Shown: piece after piece, positions 16,333-25,776 of the stretch
Layout of the letters: the number at the start of each line of letters is the position of its first letter
Numbering within the stretch: the first letter of the stretch is position 1
Assembly: GCA_013816135.1 (NCBI GenBank)
Contig: JACDEV010000002.1
Coordinates: 33,120-97,119, forward strand
Direction of reading: 5' to 3'
DNA length: 64,000 bases
Source: Patescibacteria group bacterium
GTDB lineage: Bacteria > Patescibacteriota > Minisyncoccia > Phycocordibacterales > DATDWN01
The notes under the pieces: generated by a model
What the model saw: the letters and a program-made list of their open reading frames with translations, nothing else
Database searches by the model: none
What the model was told of the DNA's origin: nothing
Made by a program: the position numbers and the translations under genes

Positions 16333-19300
16333 TTGCAAATCATGGCCTCCAAATTCATTCATCTCCACACTCATTCCCACTACTCACTTCTAAATGCTCT
16401 GCCAAAAATAAAAGCCTTAGTAGACGAAGCAAAAAAAAATGACATGCCGGCTTTGGCGCTGACAGATAATTGCAATTTATACGGAGCTGTAGAGTTCTAT
16501 CAAGCCTGCAAAAAAAAAGATATCAAACCCATTATAGGAATTGATGCTTATGTTTCCTATCGTTCAAGACACGATAAACAAACTGGTATCGACAAAGAAA
16601 GATATCGATTGGTACTCCTTGCAAAAAATGATGTTGGATATAAGAACCTGATAAAACTTGTGACTTTGGCTCATGTTGAAGGTTTTTACTACAAACCTAG
16701 AATTGACCGTGAACTCATGGAAAAATACAGTGAAGGGTTAATAGCTATCGCTCCTTCATTTCAAAGCGATATACTTTCCTCTCTGAAATTGGCCAACACA
16801 GAAAAAGCAATGGAGAGATTGGCTTGGTACAAAAAAACATTTAATGGTTCAGACGAAGAACCCAACTTTTATCTTGAAGTAACTCATCATCCTGAAATAA
16901 AAGGCCATGATGAAAACATGACGAAAATTATAGCCTTTGCAAAAGAAACAAAAACGCCACTTGTTGCAGCAAATGATGTTTACTATATTTCACCAGAAGA
17001 CAGACCGGCAAGAGAAACTTTAATGGCAGTACAACAGAATATTGATATTGCAGACAGAAGTCCAGAGACTGACGACTTATCATTTATCTCTGATAAAACA
17101 GCAAAAAAATATTTCAAAGATCTACCTGATGCTTTAGAAAACACCACCAAAATTGCAGATAGATGTAATCTAGAAATTTCAATTGGTAAATGGTTCTTAC
17201 CTAAGTACATAGTCGAAAGTGGACTTTCATATGATGACGAACTACGCCGAATTGTAGAAGAAGGAATACCAAAACGAAAACTTGCTAAAACTCCCGAGTT
17301 ATTAGAAAGAATGGAATATGAATTGAAAATCATAAAAGATAAAGGCTATGCTCCATATTTTCTTGTAGTATCTGATCTTCTACGTTACGCTCACGCTAAT
17401 GGAATACTAACTACTATCAGAGGGTCGGTTGCGGGATCATTAGCAACGTATCTAGCTGGTATTACAAATGTTAATCCGATCGAATATCTTCTTCCATTTG
17501 AAAGATTTCTAAACCCTGAAAGACCATCGGCACCAGATATCGATATGGACTTTGCAGATAATAGAAGAGACCAGATGATCGACTATGCTCGAGGAAAATA
17601 TGGTTTCGACAAAGTAGCCCAGATAGGAACCTTCGGTACTATGGCCGCAAGAGGAGCTGTCAGAGATGTTACTAGAGCTTTAGGATTTCCATATGTAACT
17701 GGAGATACAATTGCCAAACTTATTCCTATGGGAGCACAGGGTTTCCCAATGACAATCGACAGAGCCTTGAAAGAAGAGCCTGATTTAAAAAAATTATATG
17801 AAGCGGAGTCAGATGTAAAAAAGATAATAGATATGGCAAAAAAGATTGAGGGTTGTGCTCGCCATATTTCTGTTCATGCTGCCGGAGTTGTTATTTCTCC
17901 AACCCCGCTTACAGATTATGTTCCTCTCCAATACGATACAAAAGGCGACAACAAAATAATTACCCAATATGACATGCATGCAGTGGGAGAAGACGGCGTT
18001 GGTCTATTAAAATTTGATTTTCTTGGAATCAGAAATCTTTCGATACTCGCAGATGCGGTAAAGCTCGCTGAAAAGATTGAAGGTGTAAAAGTTGATATTG
18101 AAAATGTGCCTGTTGATGATAAAAAAGTTTTTGAAATGTTGGCTCGCGGAGAAACAGTAGGTCTCTTTCAGCTAAACGGTGATGGAATGACTAGGTCTCT
18201 TATGGAACTAAAACCTACCGCAATCCACGACATTAACTTGATGGTGGCGCTTTATCGTCCTGGTCCGATGGAAAACATTAACGAATACATTGCTAGAAAG
18301 CACGGTAAAAAACCTGTGGTTTATCTCCACCCTAAAATGAAAAAGTTTTTAGATAAAACATACGGTGTGCTTGTTTATCAAGACGATTTGCTGATGACTG
18401 CAATTGAAGTTGCAGGTTACACTTGGGGAGAAGTAGATAAATTTCGTAAAGCTGTCGGAAAAAAAATCCGTGAAGAAATGGCCAAACAACATATTAAGTT
18501 CGTGGAAGGATGTATCACGCATGGTGGAATGGAAAGAAAAAAAGCTGAAGAACTTTGGAATCTATTTGAGCCTTTCCAAGGATATGGATTCAACAAAGCA
18601 CATGCTGCAAGTTATGGAAAAGTAGCTTATCAAACTGCTTACATGAAAACTCATTTTCCAGCAATTTATATGTCAGCAGTGTTAACCGCCGAATCAGGAA
18701 ATATTGAAATGATTTCTGAAATAGTCGGCGAATGTAAAAGAATGAAGATTCCAGTTCTACCTCCTGATGTAAATGAATCATTTGAAGGCTTCACTGTCGT
18801 TAAGACGACAGTGAACAATATACAGCCTGTGATTAAAGAATCCGTTGACTCGATCAGGTTTGGACTTACAACAATAAAAAACTTTGGAGAAGGGATAGCT
18901 ACTTCGATAATTGAAGAAAGAAAAGCCAATGGTCCATTCGTTTCTATTTCCGACTTCCTACGCAGGATTAAAGATAAGAACTTAAACAAGAAATCCCTTG
19001 AATCTCTAATTAAAACAGGGGCTTTGGATTCATTTGACCAAACTCACACAGAAAATTTTAGAGCTATGCTTCTTTTTAACCTAGACCGTTTATTAACTTT
19101 TAACAAAGAAGAAAGAAGTAAAGAAACTGATCAGGATTCCCTCTTCTCCCTTATGGCAACACCAGCTCAAGCTAGTGAAGTTCATCTTGAAAAATCTCCA
19201 CCTAGTAATCCGACTGACAAGTTGGGATGGGAAAAAGATTTACTTGGTTTGTACATTTCCGGACATCCTTTAGATAGCTTTAGAGAAAAACTATCTGGTC

Positions 19301-19590
19301 GTGATTCAAATATAAAAAAACTAAAAGAAACTTCAAAGGAAAAGGACTCTGTTGTGGTTGGAGGAATAATTGAAGAAATAAAAAGCGTTATGACTAAAAA
19401 AGGTGATAAAATGATTTTCTTGAAAATTGCTGATTTGTCCGACAACATTGAGGCTGTAGCTTTTCCTAAAATATTTGAGGAATTCCAAGATATATTAACT
19501 CCTGAGAACTGTGTAGTTGTAAAAGGTACTTTCTCTACTCGAAATGGTGGAAAAAGTATACTAGTTGATAAAGTGAAATTAATGGAGTGA
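16333..19590 (+). CDS. dnaE: DNA polymerase III alpha subunit
   Basis: PHP domain (FIHLHTHSHYSLL), polymerase core, and C-terminal OB fold. 1085 aa. Confidence 0.9.
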   Translation: MQIMASKFIHLHTHSHYSLLNALPKIKALVDEAKKNDMPALALTDNCNLYGAVEFYQACKKKDIKPIIGIDAYVSYRSRHDKQTGIDKERYRLVLLAKNDVGYKNLIKLVTLAHVEGFYYKPRIDRELMEKYSEGLIAIAPSFQSDILSSLKLANTEKAMERLAWYKKTFNGSDEEPNFYLEVTHHPEIKGHDENMTKIIAFAKETKTPLVAANDVYYISPEDRPARETLMAVQQNIDIADRSPETDDLSFISDKTAKKYFKDLPDALENTTKIADRCNLEISIGKWFLPKYIVESGLSYDDELRRIVEEGIPKRKLAKTPELLERMEYELKIIKDKGYAPYFLVVSDLLRYAHANGILTTIRGSVAGSLATYLAGITNVNPIEYLLPFERFLNPERPSAPDIDMDFADNRRDQMIDYARGKYGFDKVAQIGTFGTMAARGAVRDVTRALGFPYVTGDTIAKLIPMGAQGFPMTIDRALKEEPDLKKLYEAESDVKKIIDMAKKIEGCARHISVHAAGVVISPTPLTDYVPLQYDTKGDNKIITQYDMHAVGEDGVGLLKFDFLGIRNLSILADAVKLAEKIEGVKVDIENVPVDDKKVFEMLARGETVGLFQLNGDGMTRSLMELKPTAIHDINLMVALYRPGPMENINEYIARKHGKKPVVYLHPKMKKFLDKTYGVLVYQDDLLMTAIEVAGYTWGEVDKFRKAVGKKIREEMAKQHIKFVEGCITHGGMERKKAEELWNLFEPFQGYGFNKAHAASYGKVAYQTAYMKTHFPAIYMSAVLTAESGNIEMISEIVGECKRMKIPVLPPDVNESFEGFTVVKTTVNNIQPVIKESVDSIRFGLTTIKNFGEGIATSIIEERKANGPFVSISDFLRRIKDKNLNKKSLESLIKTGALDSFDQTHTENFRAMLLFNLDRLLTFNKEERSKETDQDSLFSLMATPAQASEVHLEKSPPSNPTDKLGWEKDLLGLYISGHPLDSFREKLSGRDSNIKKLKETSKEKDSVVVGGIIEEIKSVMTKKGDKMIFLKIADLSDNIEAVAFPKIFEEFQDILTPENCVVVKGTFSTRNGGKSILVDKVKLME

Positions 19591-19787
19591 GAATTTAAAT
19601 AGTTTTTCCAAGACACGCATAAAGTTCTATTGAACTTTTGCTATGCTCGTCAATCAAGAAAACAAACAATAAAATGAGTTGGTCCTCTCGCAAACTCGGG
19701 ATTACCCTCAAACAGTGCTTCGGACTATTCATTTTATTGTTGTTTTCTAATTGACTGTGCAATGTCTTGGAAAAACTATTTAAATTC
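19591..19787. repeat. MITE-like element: perfect 25-bp terminal inverted repeats flanking an imperfectly palindromic ~150-bp core
   Basis: GAATTTAAATAGTTTTTCCAAGACA (19591-19615) is the exact inverse complement of 19763-19787. Inner arms (CAATCAAGAAAACAAACAATAAAATGAGT) also pair imperfectly. Starts 1 nt after the dnaE stop. Confidence 0.5.
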
Positions 19788-19800
19788 TTTGATGGAAAGA

Positions 19801-19862
19801 CTGATGGTATAAAAAAGCGTCGAGATTTCTCTCGACGCGGGACTGCTTTCGCACTCCCGCGT
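19801..19862 (-). terminator. tandem hairpins terminating the 135-aa gene
   Basis: GCGTCGAGATTTCTCTCGACGC preceded by an A-run (T-run on the minus strand). CGACGCGGGA...TCCCGCGTCG is a second 10-bp stem. Confidence 0.5.
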
Positions 19863-19874
19863 CGGGTGTGCAAA

Positions 19875-20282
19875 TTACTCTACTTCTTGCTGGAGTTTTC
19901 GGATTGTATGGGAATTTTCCCTTTTTTCGGCGATTTTTGTGACTAGCTCTTTGCTGAGAAACATTATCTCTTTGTCCTTTTCGCGGATCTGCTCATTCGC
20001 CCAAGCAACGTAATTGAGAAGAGTACGTCTGTTGATCAGGATTTCCGGGACTACCCCAATGTACAATTCAACTTCGGATTGCATCATTTGGAGACTCCGA
20101 CCACTGAGCGTTTTCAATCGAATTTCCAGTGTTTCTCGGTACCCTCTATTCCACCCCTTACACTTCTTCTTTCCCTTATGGATCCAATCTTCTGCTAGTC
20201 CTCGCGCTGTACGCCCATGAACGGGACGATGCCATGAAAACGTAACTCGAACACTACCATCATTTATAAACTTGTCAGCCAT
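19875..20282 (-). CDS. hypothetical protein (basic N-terminus, coiled-coil C-terminus)
   Basis: 135-aa ORF, GC-richer than surroundings. Divergent from thrS. Confidence 0.35.
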   Translation of the reverse strand: MADKFINDGSVRVTFSWHRPVHGRTARGLAEDWIHKGKKKCKGWNRGYRETLEIRLKTLSGRSLQMMQSEVELYIGVVPEILINRRTLLNYVAWANEQIREKDKEIMFLSKELVTKIAEKRENSHTIRKLQQEVE

Positions 20283-20369
20283 TTAATCCTCCAATTTTGA
20301 AATTATCACACAAGGTACCACTAGTCAAAGGGCATTCTACTTTTTTAGAAACTCTGGTATGCTGAATAT

Positions 20370-21635
20370 ATGACTGACGAAAATGCAAAAAACAGCGGAA
20401 ACGAGATGGACAAAAATGACCACAGAGTACTAGGTAAAGAACTAGATCTATTTGTTTTTTCAGATGTTGTTGGAAAAGGACTACCTCTTTATACAGAAAA
20501 AGGAGCAGCAATAAGACGTGAATTAGAAAGGTTCATTGTGGATGAAGAAATTAAACGCGGGTACAGACATGTCTCAACTCCAGATATAGCAAAACTAGAT
20601 TTATACAAAAAATCTGGACATTACCCATACTACAAAGACACAATGTATGCTCCTATAGATATTGATGGAGAAGAGTTTATGCTTCGTCCAATGACTTGTC
20701 CTCATCATTACGAATTATATTTATCAAAACCACACTCATACAAAGAACTTCCAGTACGTATTGCAGAGATGGCAAAATTATATAGATACGAAGCTTCTGG
20801 AAACCTTTCAGGACTTGTAAGAGTTCGGTCTTTCTGCCTGGCTGATGCCCATATAATTTGTGCAAACAACGAACAATCCCTCGCTGAAGTAAAAAAGGCG
20901 CTTGATTTGATAACATATATAGCAGAAGTTTTTGGTTTGAAAAAAGGAGAGGATTTCTGGTACAGACTCTCTTTAGGTAACAGAAAAGACGATAAAAAAT
21001 ATCATAAAGACGATAAAATCTGGGACGAGTCAGAGGAAATCCTTAGAAGTGTATTGAAAGGCCAAGATGTAAGATTTTATGAAGCAGAAGACGAAGCTGC
21101 ATTCTATGGTCCAAAAATTGATGTACAAATGAAAGATGTTCGTGGACTGGAAAACACTGCTTTTACTGTTCAGTATGATGCTCTTGCTCCTGGCAAATTT
21201 GAACTTTCATACACAGATTCTGACGGTAAAATAAAACTTTGTACTTCAGTTATCCATCGATCATCTATCGGTGCTATTGAAAGGAGTATGGCTTTCCTTA
21301 TCGAAAAATATCAAGGGAGCTTCCCTCTTTGGCTTTCTCCTGTCCAAGTCAAAGTAATTCCTGTACGTGAAAACCACAATGCGTATGCTAAAGAAATATT
21401 TGATATGCTTATTGATCAAGGCATACGAGCAGAACTAGATAACTCAGATGAGAACTTAGGAAAGAAGGTTAGAGATGCCAAGAATAATAAAATGCCTTAC
21501 TGGATTGTAATAGGAGATAAGGAAATAGAAGCTGAAAAAATAACACTTGAATCAAGAGATAATGGTCAATTAGGACAACTATCAAAAGACGAAGTGATGA
21601 CCAAATTACAGACAGAAATTAAGAATAAAAAATAA
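20370..21635 (+). CDS. thrS: threonyl-tRNA synthetase, catalytic core plus anticodon-binding domain only (no N-terminal TGS/editing domains)
   Basis: HRVLGKELDLF and LRPMTCPHH class II ThrRS core motifs, then a C-terminal class II anticodon-binding domain. Only ~25 aa precede the catalytic core, versus ~240 aa in canonical ThrRS. Confidence 0.85.
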   Translation: MTDENAKNSGNEMDKNDHRVLGKELDLFVFSDVVGKGLPLYTEKGAAIRRELERFIVDEEIKRGYRHVSTPDIAKLDLYKKSGHYPYYKDTMYAPIDIDGEEFMLRPMTCPHHYELYLSKPHSYKELPVRIAEMAKLYRYEASGNLSGLVRVRSFCLADAHIICANNEQSLAEVKKALDLITYIAEVFGLKKGEDFWYRLSLGNRKDDKKYHKDDKIWDESEEILRSVLKGQDVRFYEAEDEAAFYGPKIDVQMKDVRGLENTAFTVQYDALAPGKFELSYTDSDGKIKLCTSVIHRSSIGAIERSMAFLIEKYQGSFPLWLSPVQVKVIPVRENHNAYAKEIFDMLIDQGIRAELDNSDENLGKKVRDAKNNKMPYWIVIGDKEIEAEKITLESRDNGQLGQLSKDEVMTKLQTEIKNKK

Positions 21636-21638
21636 CAT

Positions 21639-21875
21639 ATGAAAAAACTATACAAAAGTGAAAAGGATAATGTCTTAACGGGAGTAATTGGAGGAATTGC
21701 TGAATATTATGAAATAGATTCTACTATTCTACGACTCATTTATATTCTCATTGTAATTTTGACTGGTATTGTTCCAGGAATTATCGGATACATTATTGCT
21801 AGTTTAGTAGTTCCCCAAAGATCTAAGGTAAGTCCAGTTTCTGAAGCTGTTTCTTCTGAACCTGAAGTAAAGTAA
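21639..21875 (+). CDS. PspC-domain membrane protein
   Basis: VLTGVIGGIAEYYEIDSTILRLIYIL is a PspC domain followed by a TM helix. Starts 3 nt after the thrS stop. Confidence 0.6.
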   Translation: MKKLYKSEKDNVLTGVIGGIAEYYEIDSTILRLIYILIVILTGIVPGIIGYIIASLVVPQRSKVSPVSEAVSSEPEVK

Positions 21876-21923
21876 TCTGTGATTAGCAAAACCTATTTTG
21901 TTAATTCACTAAATATCAGGTAA

Positions 21924-22418
21924 TTAAATAGAAAATAAATAATTTTCTATTTCTTTTAACGAATGAAAAACAATAACTTTTTTCTTATAAACATCTATTA
22001 GTTCCTCAATTAATGGTGCATGACTTCCATAACCTTTTTTGTATTTCTTCTTAGTTACATGAGTTAGTAAGTTCCAAAGATCTGCAATTTTTTCTTCTTC
22101 TTTGTATATTGAACGTTTGATAATAAAATAGTACTGATAAAGAATACTTTTAAATTTTAAAACAAAAATTATATCTGCCTTATCTAAACCATACATTATA
22201 AGGTGTCTTGTAGAACCTGACATCACCCACTCACTAGTATCATATATTTTATTTACTTCTATCACACTCTGATCTCTAATTGCTGGCTCAGAGTATTTTA
22301 TTTTCCAGAAAAAGTCGTCTGTATCATAGTGTGGAATATTAAATTTATTAGATAACTTTAAAGCAAGAGTAGTCTTCCCTCTCCCAGAATCTCCTAAGAT
22401 TAAAATTTTTTTATACAT
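21924..22418 (-). CDS. P-loop NTPase/kinase (topology modulation protein FlaR-like, adenylate-kinase fold)
   Basis: ILILGDSGRGKTTLA Walker A, then HYDTDDFFW, typical of the FlaR/AAA_33-like small kinases. Confidence 0.55.
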   Translation of the reverse strand: MYKKILILGDSGRGKTTLALKLSNKFNIPHYDTDDFFWKIKYSEPAIRDQSVIEVNKIYDTSEWVMSGSTRHLIMYGLDKADIIFVLKFKSILYQYYFIIKRSIYKEEEKIADLWNLLTHVTKKKYKKGYGSHAPLIEELIDVYKKKVIVFHSLKEIENYLFSI

Positions 22419-22497
22419 AATTAATACTCCATAATATAACTCTTTAAATCAGGATCATTTCCCCCAAGTTCAACACAGGAGTACTTTAAATGTGGAA

Positions 22498-24585
22498 TTA
22501 TATATCTATAGTAGCCTTTGTCGCATTTGACTGTATAAATGATTTTCTAGCTGGAACATCAGTTCCCATGAGAATATCAAAGACTTTGTCTGCAGCTCCA
22601 ATATCCTGAACAGCTACTTGTTTTAGAATTCTTCTAGCAGGATCCATAGTTGTTTCCCAAAGTTCATCTGAGTTCATTTCTCCAAGACCCTTGTATCGTT
22701 GGATTGAAATCTTAGCTTTTTTCTTTTCGTCTTTCTTTGTAGTTTTTTCTTCTACTTCATCTTCTTCAGTTTCTTCAGGCTCATCTGCAACTTCATCAAC
22801 TTCCGCAATATCATCTACGTTTTCCTTTCCAATAATTTTTACTTTGTCTTCATCTGAATAAGCATAAAATACTTCCTTTCCTTTCTTGATCTTATATAGA
22901 GGTGGTTGAGCGATATAAATAAATCCTCCATCAATAAGTGGTTTAAAGAATCTGTAGAGCAATGTCAGAATAAGAGTTCTGATGTGGGCACCGTCCACGT
23001 CAGCATCTGTAGCTATAATTATCTTGTGATATCTAAGTTTTGTAATATCAAATGTATCTCCGATAGCCGTACCCAAAGCGATAACCAGATTCTTTATCTG
23101 TTCAGATTCCAACATTCTATCAAGTCTTGCTCTTTCGATGTTTAGTATCTTTCCTCGAAGTGGAAGAATGGCTTGTGTTCTTCTATCGCGTCCCGTCTTT
23201 GCAGTACCTCCCGCAGAATCTCCCTCCACAATAAACAGTTCTGAATCTTCAGCACTCTTCGACTGACAGTCAGCTAACTTTCCAGGGAGAGTCATTCCTT
23301 CCAAAGCTCCTTTACGCAACACAGAATCCTTCGCAGCTTTTGCCGCTTTTCTAGCTTTCAAAGCTAAGACAACTTTATTTATAATAGCTTTAGCGTCATC
23401 TGGATTTTCCTCTAGGAAATAAGTAAAAGCTTCTGAGAAAACAGTGTTAACTGAGCCTTGTGCCTCAACTGTTCCAAGTTTACCTTTTGTCTGACCTTCA
23501 AACTGAATCTCACGAAGTTTAATTGACACAACAGCGGTCAAACCCTCAAGCACATCTTCTCCAGTGAAGTTATCTTCAGATTCTTTTATAAGATTATTTT
23601 TTCTTCCGTATGAATTAAGAATTCTAGTGAGCGCAGTTTTAAAACCAGTTACATGTGTACCTCCTTCTGGAGTATTAATATTGTTTGCAAATGCTGATAG
23701 TCTGCAAGTTATATCATCTACATATTGGAGAGATATTTCTACCGACTCCCATTCATTAGTTTTCTTCTCAATATAAAAAACATTCTTATGAATAGGCTTC
23801 TGAGTGCTGTTCATGAACTTTACCAAAGAAAGCAATCCTCCTTCGAAATAAAAAGACATGGAAGGAATCTCTAGTTCGAGCTCTGAAATCTTGAATACAT
23901 CGTCTTCTTTTATTTTGCCTTCATATTTTGAAGCGTCGTTTACAGTGATCCTGAGGCCTTTCACTAGATACGCTTGCTGACGCATATGGTCCATTATTCG
24001 CTTTGGATTGAATTCAATTATTGGGAAAATAGCTGGATCAGGTTCGAATACAACGATAGTTCCGTTTTTCTTTGTTGTACCTACTTTCTTTACAAGAGCT
24101 TTTTTCTTTCCTTGAGAATACTCTTGCATATATACACCACCTTCTTTGTGAACAATAACTTTACAATAAATAGAAAGAGCGTTTACAACAGATGCTCCCA
24201 CTCCGTGCAATCCTCCTGACACTTTGTATCCGCCATCTTCTCCACCAAATTTTCCTCCGGCATGGAGAGTAGTCATAATAGTTTCAAGAGCTGAAACTTT
24301 TGTTTGTTTGTGAATATCAACTGGAATACCTCGCCCGTTATCGGATACTCGGATTCGGTTACCCGGAAGAAGTGTTACCTCAATATCGTTTGCAAAACCA
24401 CCCATGGCCTCATCACGAGAGTTATCAAATATTTCTGTTATGAGGTGATGGAGACCATCAAGACCCGTAGTCCCAATGTACATTCCAGGACGCTTTCTAA
24501 CAGGTTCTAGTCCTTCAAGTATCTGAATGGCATCAGCTCCATATGAGTCCTTTTTTGCCTTTTTTCCTAAAATTTCCTTAGCCAT
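22498..24585 (-). CDS. gyrB: type IIA topoisomerase ATPase subunit B (DNA gyrase B or ParE) with an acidic C-terminal insertion
   Basis: GHKL ATPase, transducer and TOPRIM domains. PGMYIGTT and EIFDNSRDEAMGG motifs. Confidence 0.85.
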   Translation of the reverse strand: MAKEILGKKAKKDSYGADAIQILEGLEPVRKRPGMYIGTTGLDGLHHLITEIFDNSRDEAMGGFANDIEVTLLPGNRIRVSDNGRGIPVDIHKQTKVSALETIMTTLHAGGKFGGEDGGYKVSGGLHGVGASVVNALSIYCKVIVHKEGGVYMQEYSQGKKKALVKKVGTTKKNGTIVVFEPDPAIFPIIEFNPKRIMDHMRQQAYLVKGLRITVNDASKYEGKIKEDDVFKISELELEIPSMSFYFEGGLLSLVKFMNSTQKPIHKNVFYIEKKTNEWESVEISLQYVDDITCRLSAFANNINTPEGGTHVTGFKTALTRILNSYGRKNNLIKESEDNFTGEDVLEGLTAVVSIKLREIQFEGQTKGKLGTVEAQGSVNTVFSEAFTYFLEENPDDAKAIINKVVLALKARKAAKAAKDSVLRKGALEGMTLPGKLADCQSKSAEDSELFIVEGDSAGGTAKTGRDRRTQAILPLRGKILNIERARLDRMLESEQIKNLVIALGTAIGDTFDITKLRYHKIIIATDADVDGAHIRTLILTLLYRFFKPLIDGGFIYIAQPPLYKIKKGKEVFYAYSDEDKVKIIGKENVDDIAEVDEVADEPEETEEDEVEEKTTKKDEKKKAKISIQRYKGLGEMNSDELWETTMDPARRILKQVAVQDIGAADKVFDILMGTDVPARKSFIQSNATKATIDI

Positions 24586-24657
24586 ATTGGAAATATTATA
24601 TCAAAAATAAGTATGCTAAACAAGCGATTTATTCATATTTTTAGGCTTAAATTATAC

Positions 24658-24686
24658 TTGACAAATAGTTATTATTGTGCTAATAT
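24658..24686 (+). promoter_or_regulatory. consensus sigma70 promoter TTGACA-N17-TAATAT
   Basis: -35 at 24658-24663, -10 at 24681-24686. SD GAAGAGG precedes the ATG at 24741. Confidence 0.6.
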
Positions 24687-24740
24687 TGTAAATAGAAAGA
24701 CTCACAGTCTAGCTATCTAACAACTGAAGAGGTATAAGAC

Positions 24741-24938
24741 ATGAGAAACTTTATGAGAGGATTTGCAACCGGCTTTGGTGCTGAAGTGGTCATGGGGGTT
24801 CTCCTCTATGTTTTCCTTCAGTCACAGAATGCCCTTCGACCGGGCACCGGAACCACGTACATCGCTGTAATGGGAAGCTTCGCACTGTTTTTCGGCGTTA
24901 TCACAGGCATTGGAGTAATCACCCGGAAAAAAATCTAG
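24741..24938 (+). CDS. small membrane protein (65 aa, two predicted TM segments), GC-rich
   Basis: ORF with a strong promoter, an SD and a strong terminator. Confidence 0.45.
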   Translation: MRNFMRGFATGFGAEVVMGVLLYVFLQSQNALRPGTGTTYIAVMGSFALFFGVITGIGVITRKKI

Positions 24939-24968
24939 AGGCAAGCCGCCACCAATCCCGATACAGAA

Positions 24969-25005
24969 CCTCGCACAGATGTGCGACTCTGTGCGGGGTT
25001 TTTGT
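24969..25005 (+). terminator. rho-independent terminator
   Basis: CGCACAG-ATGTGCGACT-CTGTGCG followed by GGG TTTTT. Confidence 0.65.
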
Positions 25006-25064
25006 ATTTATTTAAACTCGTTGAAACAAAGCAATTTATTCAGATTTTTAGCCTTAAATTAAGG

Positions 25065-25093
25065 TTGACAATAGAATAAATTTAAAGTATAAT
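25065..25093 (+). promoter_or_regulatory. consensus sigma70 promoter TTGACA-N17-TATAAT
   Basis: -35 at 25065-25070, -10 at 25088-25093. The ~45 nt upstream are a near-duplicate of the sequence upstream of the 24658 promoter. Confidence 0.65.
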
Positions 25094-25129
25094 CCGAAAA
25101 GACGAAACGGTGAACAAGTACCGAAAGGA

Positions 25130-25555
25130 GTGGTCGTGAGGAGATTTGTATTCTATGTAAGGGTCCTATGGGCACCAGTATCAGTGGTTGCCCTAATTGT
25201 ATTGGGCCTCGCTATTCTGGATGGTCCAACTACGATTACGGTCGCGGAACGGACAGACATTGCCCAGCCTGGCGACATCGATATGGCTGTGGCAAATCAA
25301 CAGTTCGCCTCAGCCAAGCCATCCGACATCGTTTTCCTGGACTCATACGGTTACCTAGATTTCCAGGAAACCGAGAATGAAACGGGTTTGTATATTCTCC
25401 GCTCCGGCTCATATACAATCCGGATCGGTCCAAAAGCAGTAACCCAGTACCATGCGAAAATAATCAAGAATGGTACAGCGGAGTACGACGCGATTCGTGA
25501 TCTGGAACAAAAACGAAGAAATATCTCCGATCCAGGACCAGTCGTCTGGTTCTAA
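25130..25555 (+). CDS. small secreted/membrane-anchored hypothetical protein, GC-rich (~50% GC)
   Basis: SD AGGAG followed by a GTG start. N-terminal hydrophobic segment VLWAPVSVVALIVLGLAIL. Strong terminator follows. Confidence 0.45.
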   Translation: MVVRRFVFYVRVLWAPVSVVALIVLGLAILDGPTTITVAERTDIAQPGDIDMAVANQQFASAKPSDIVFLDSYGYLDFQETENETGLYILRSGSYTIRIGPKAVTQYHAKIIKNGTAEYDAIRDLEQKRRNISDPGPVVWF

Positions 25556-25580
25556 CCCCGTCACAGAAACCCGTACAGAA

Positions 25581-25617
25581 ATGTACGAACTCTGTACGGG
25601 GTTTTTGTATTCTAAAA
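25581..25617 (+). terminator. rho-independent terminator homologous to the one at 24969-25005
   Basis: CCGTACAG-AAATGTACGAACT-CTGTACGG followed by GG TTTTT. Same GGGGTTTTTGTATT tail as the previous terminator. Confidence 0.65.
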
Positions 25618-25776
25618 ATATCGTTGACTCATAAGTTTTCTGAGACTTTCACAGGCTGACGAGCCGAGAATAGCAAAATCCTAGCAAGGATTTATGTGTG
25701 TTGAAGAAAACTTATGAGGAGAAAGAGATTGTGGATTTGAGTTGAATTTTTGGCCATTTTTGGCTAGACTGTCTAG

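Noticed and set aside
19595-19873. 92-aa ORF after dnaE
   Set aside because: It lies entirely within the inverted-repeat element and the terminator hairpins. No RBS. Spurious.
25620-25776. T-box riboswitch upstream of the PheRS gene
   Set aside because: The leader is structured, but the conserved T-box sequence (AATTAGGGTGGTACCGCG-like) is absent.
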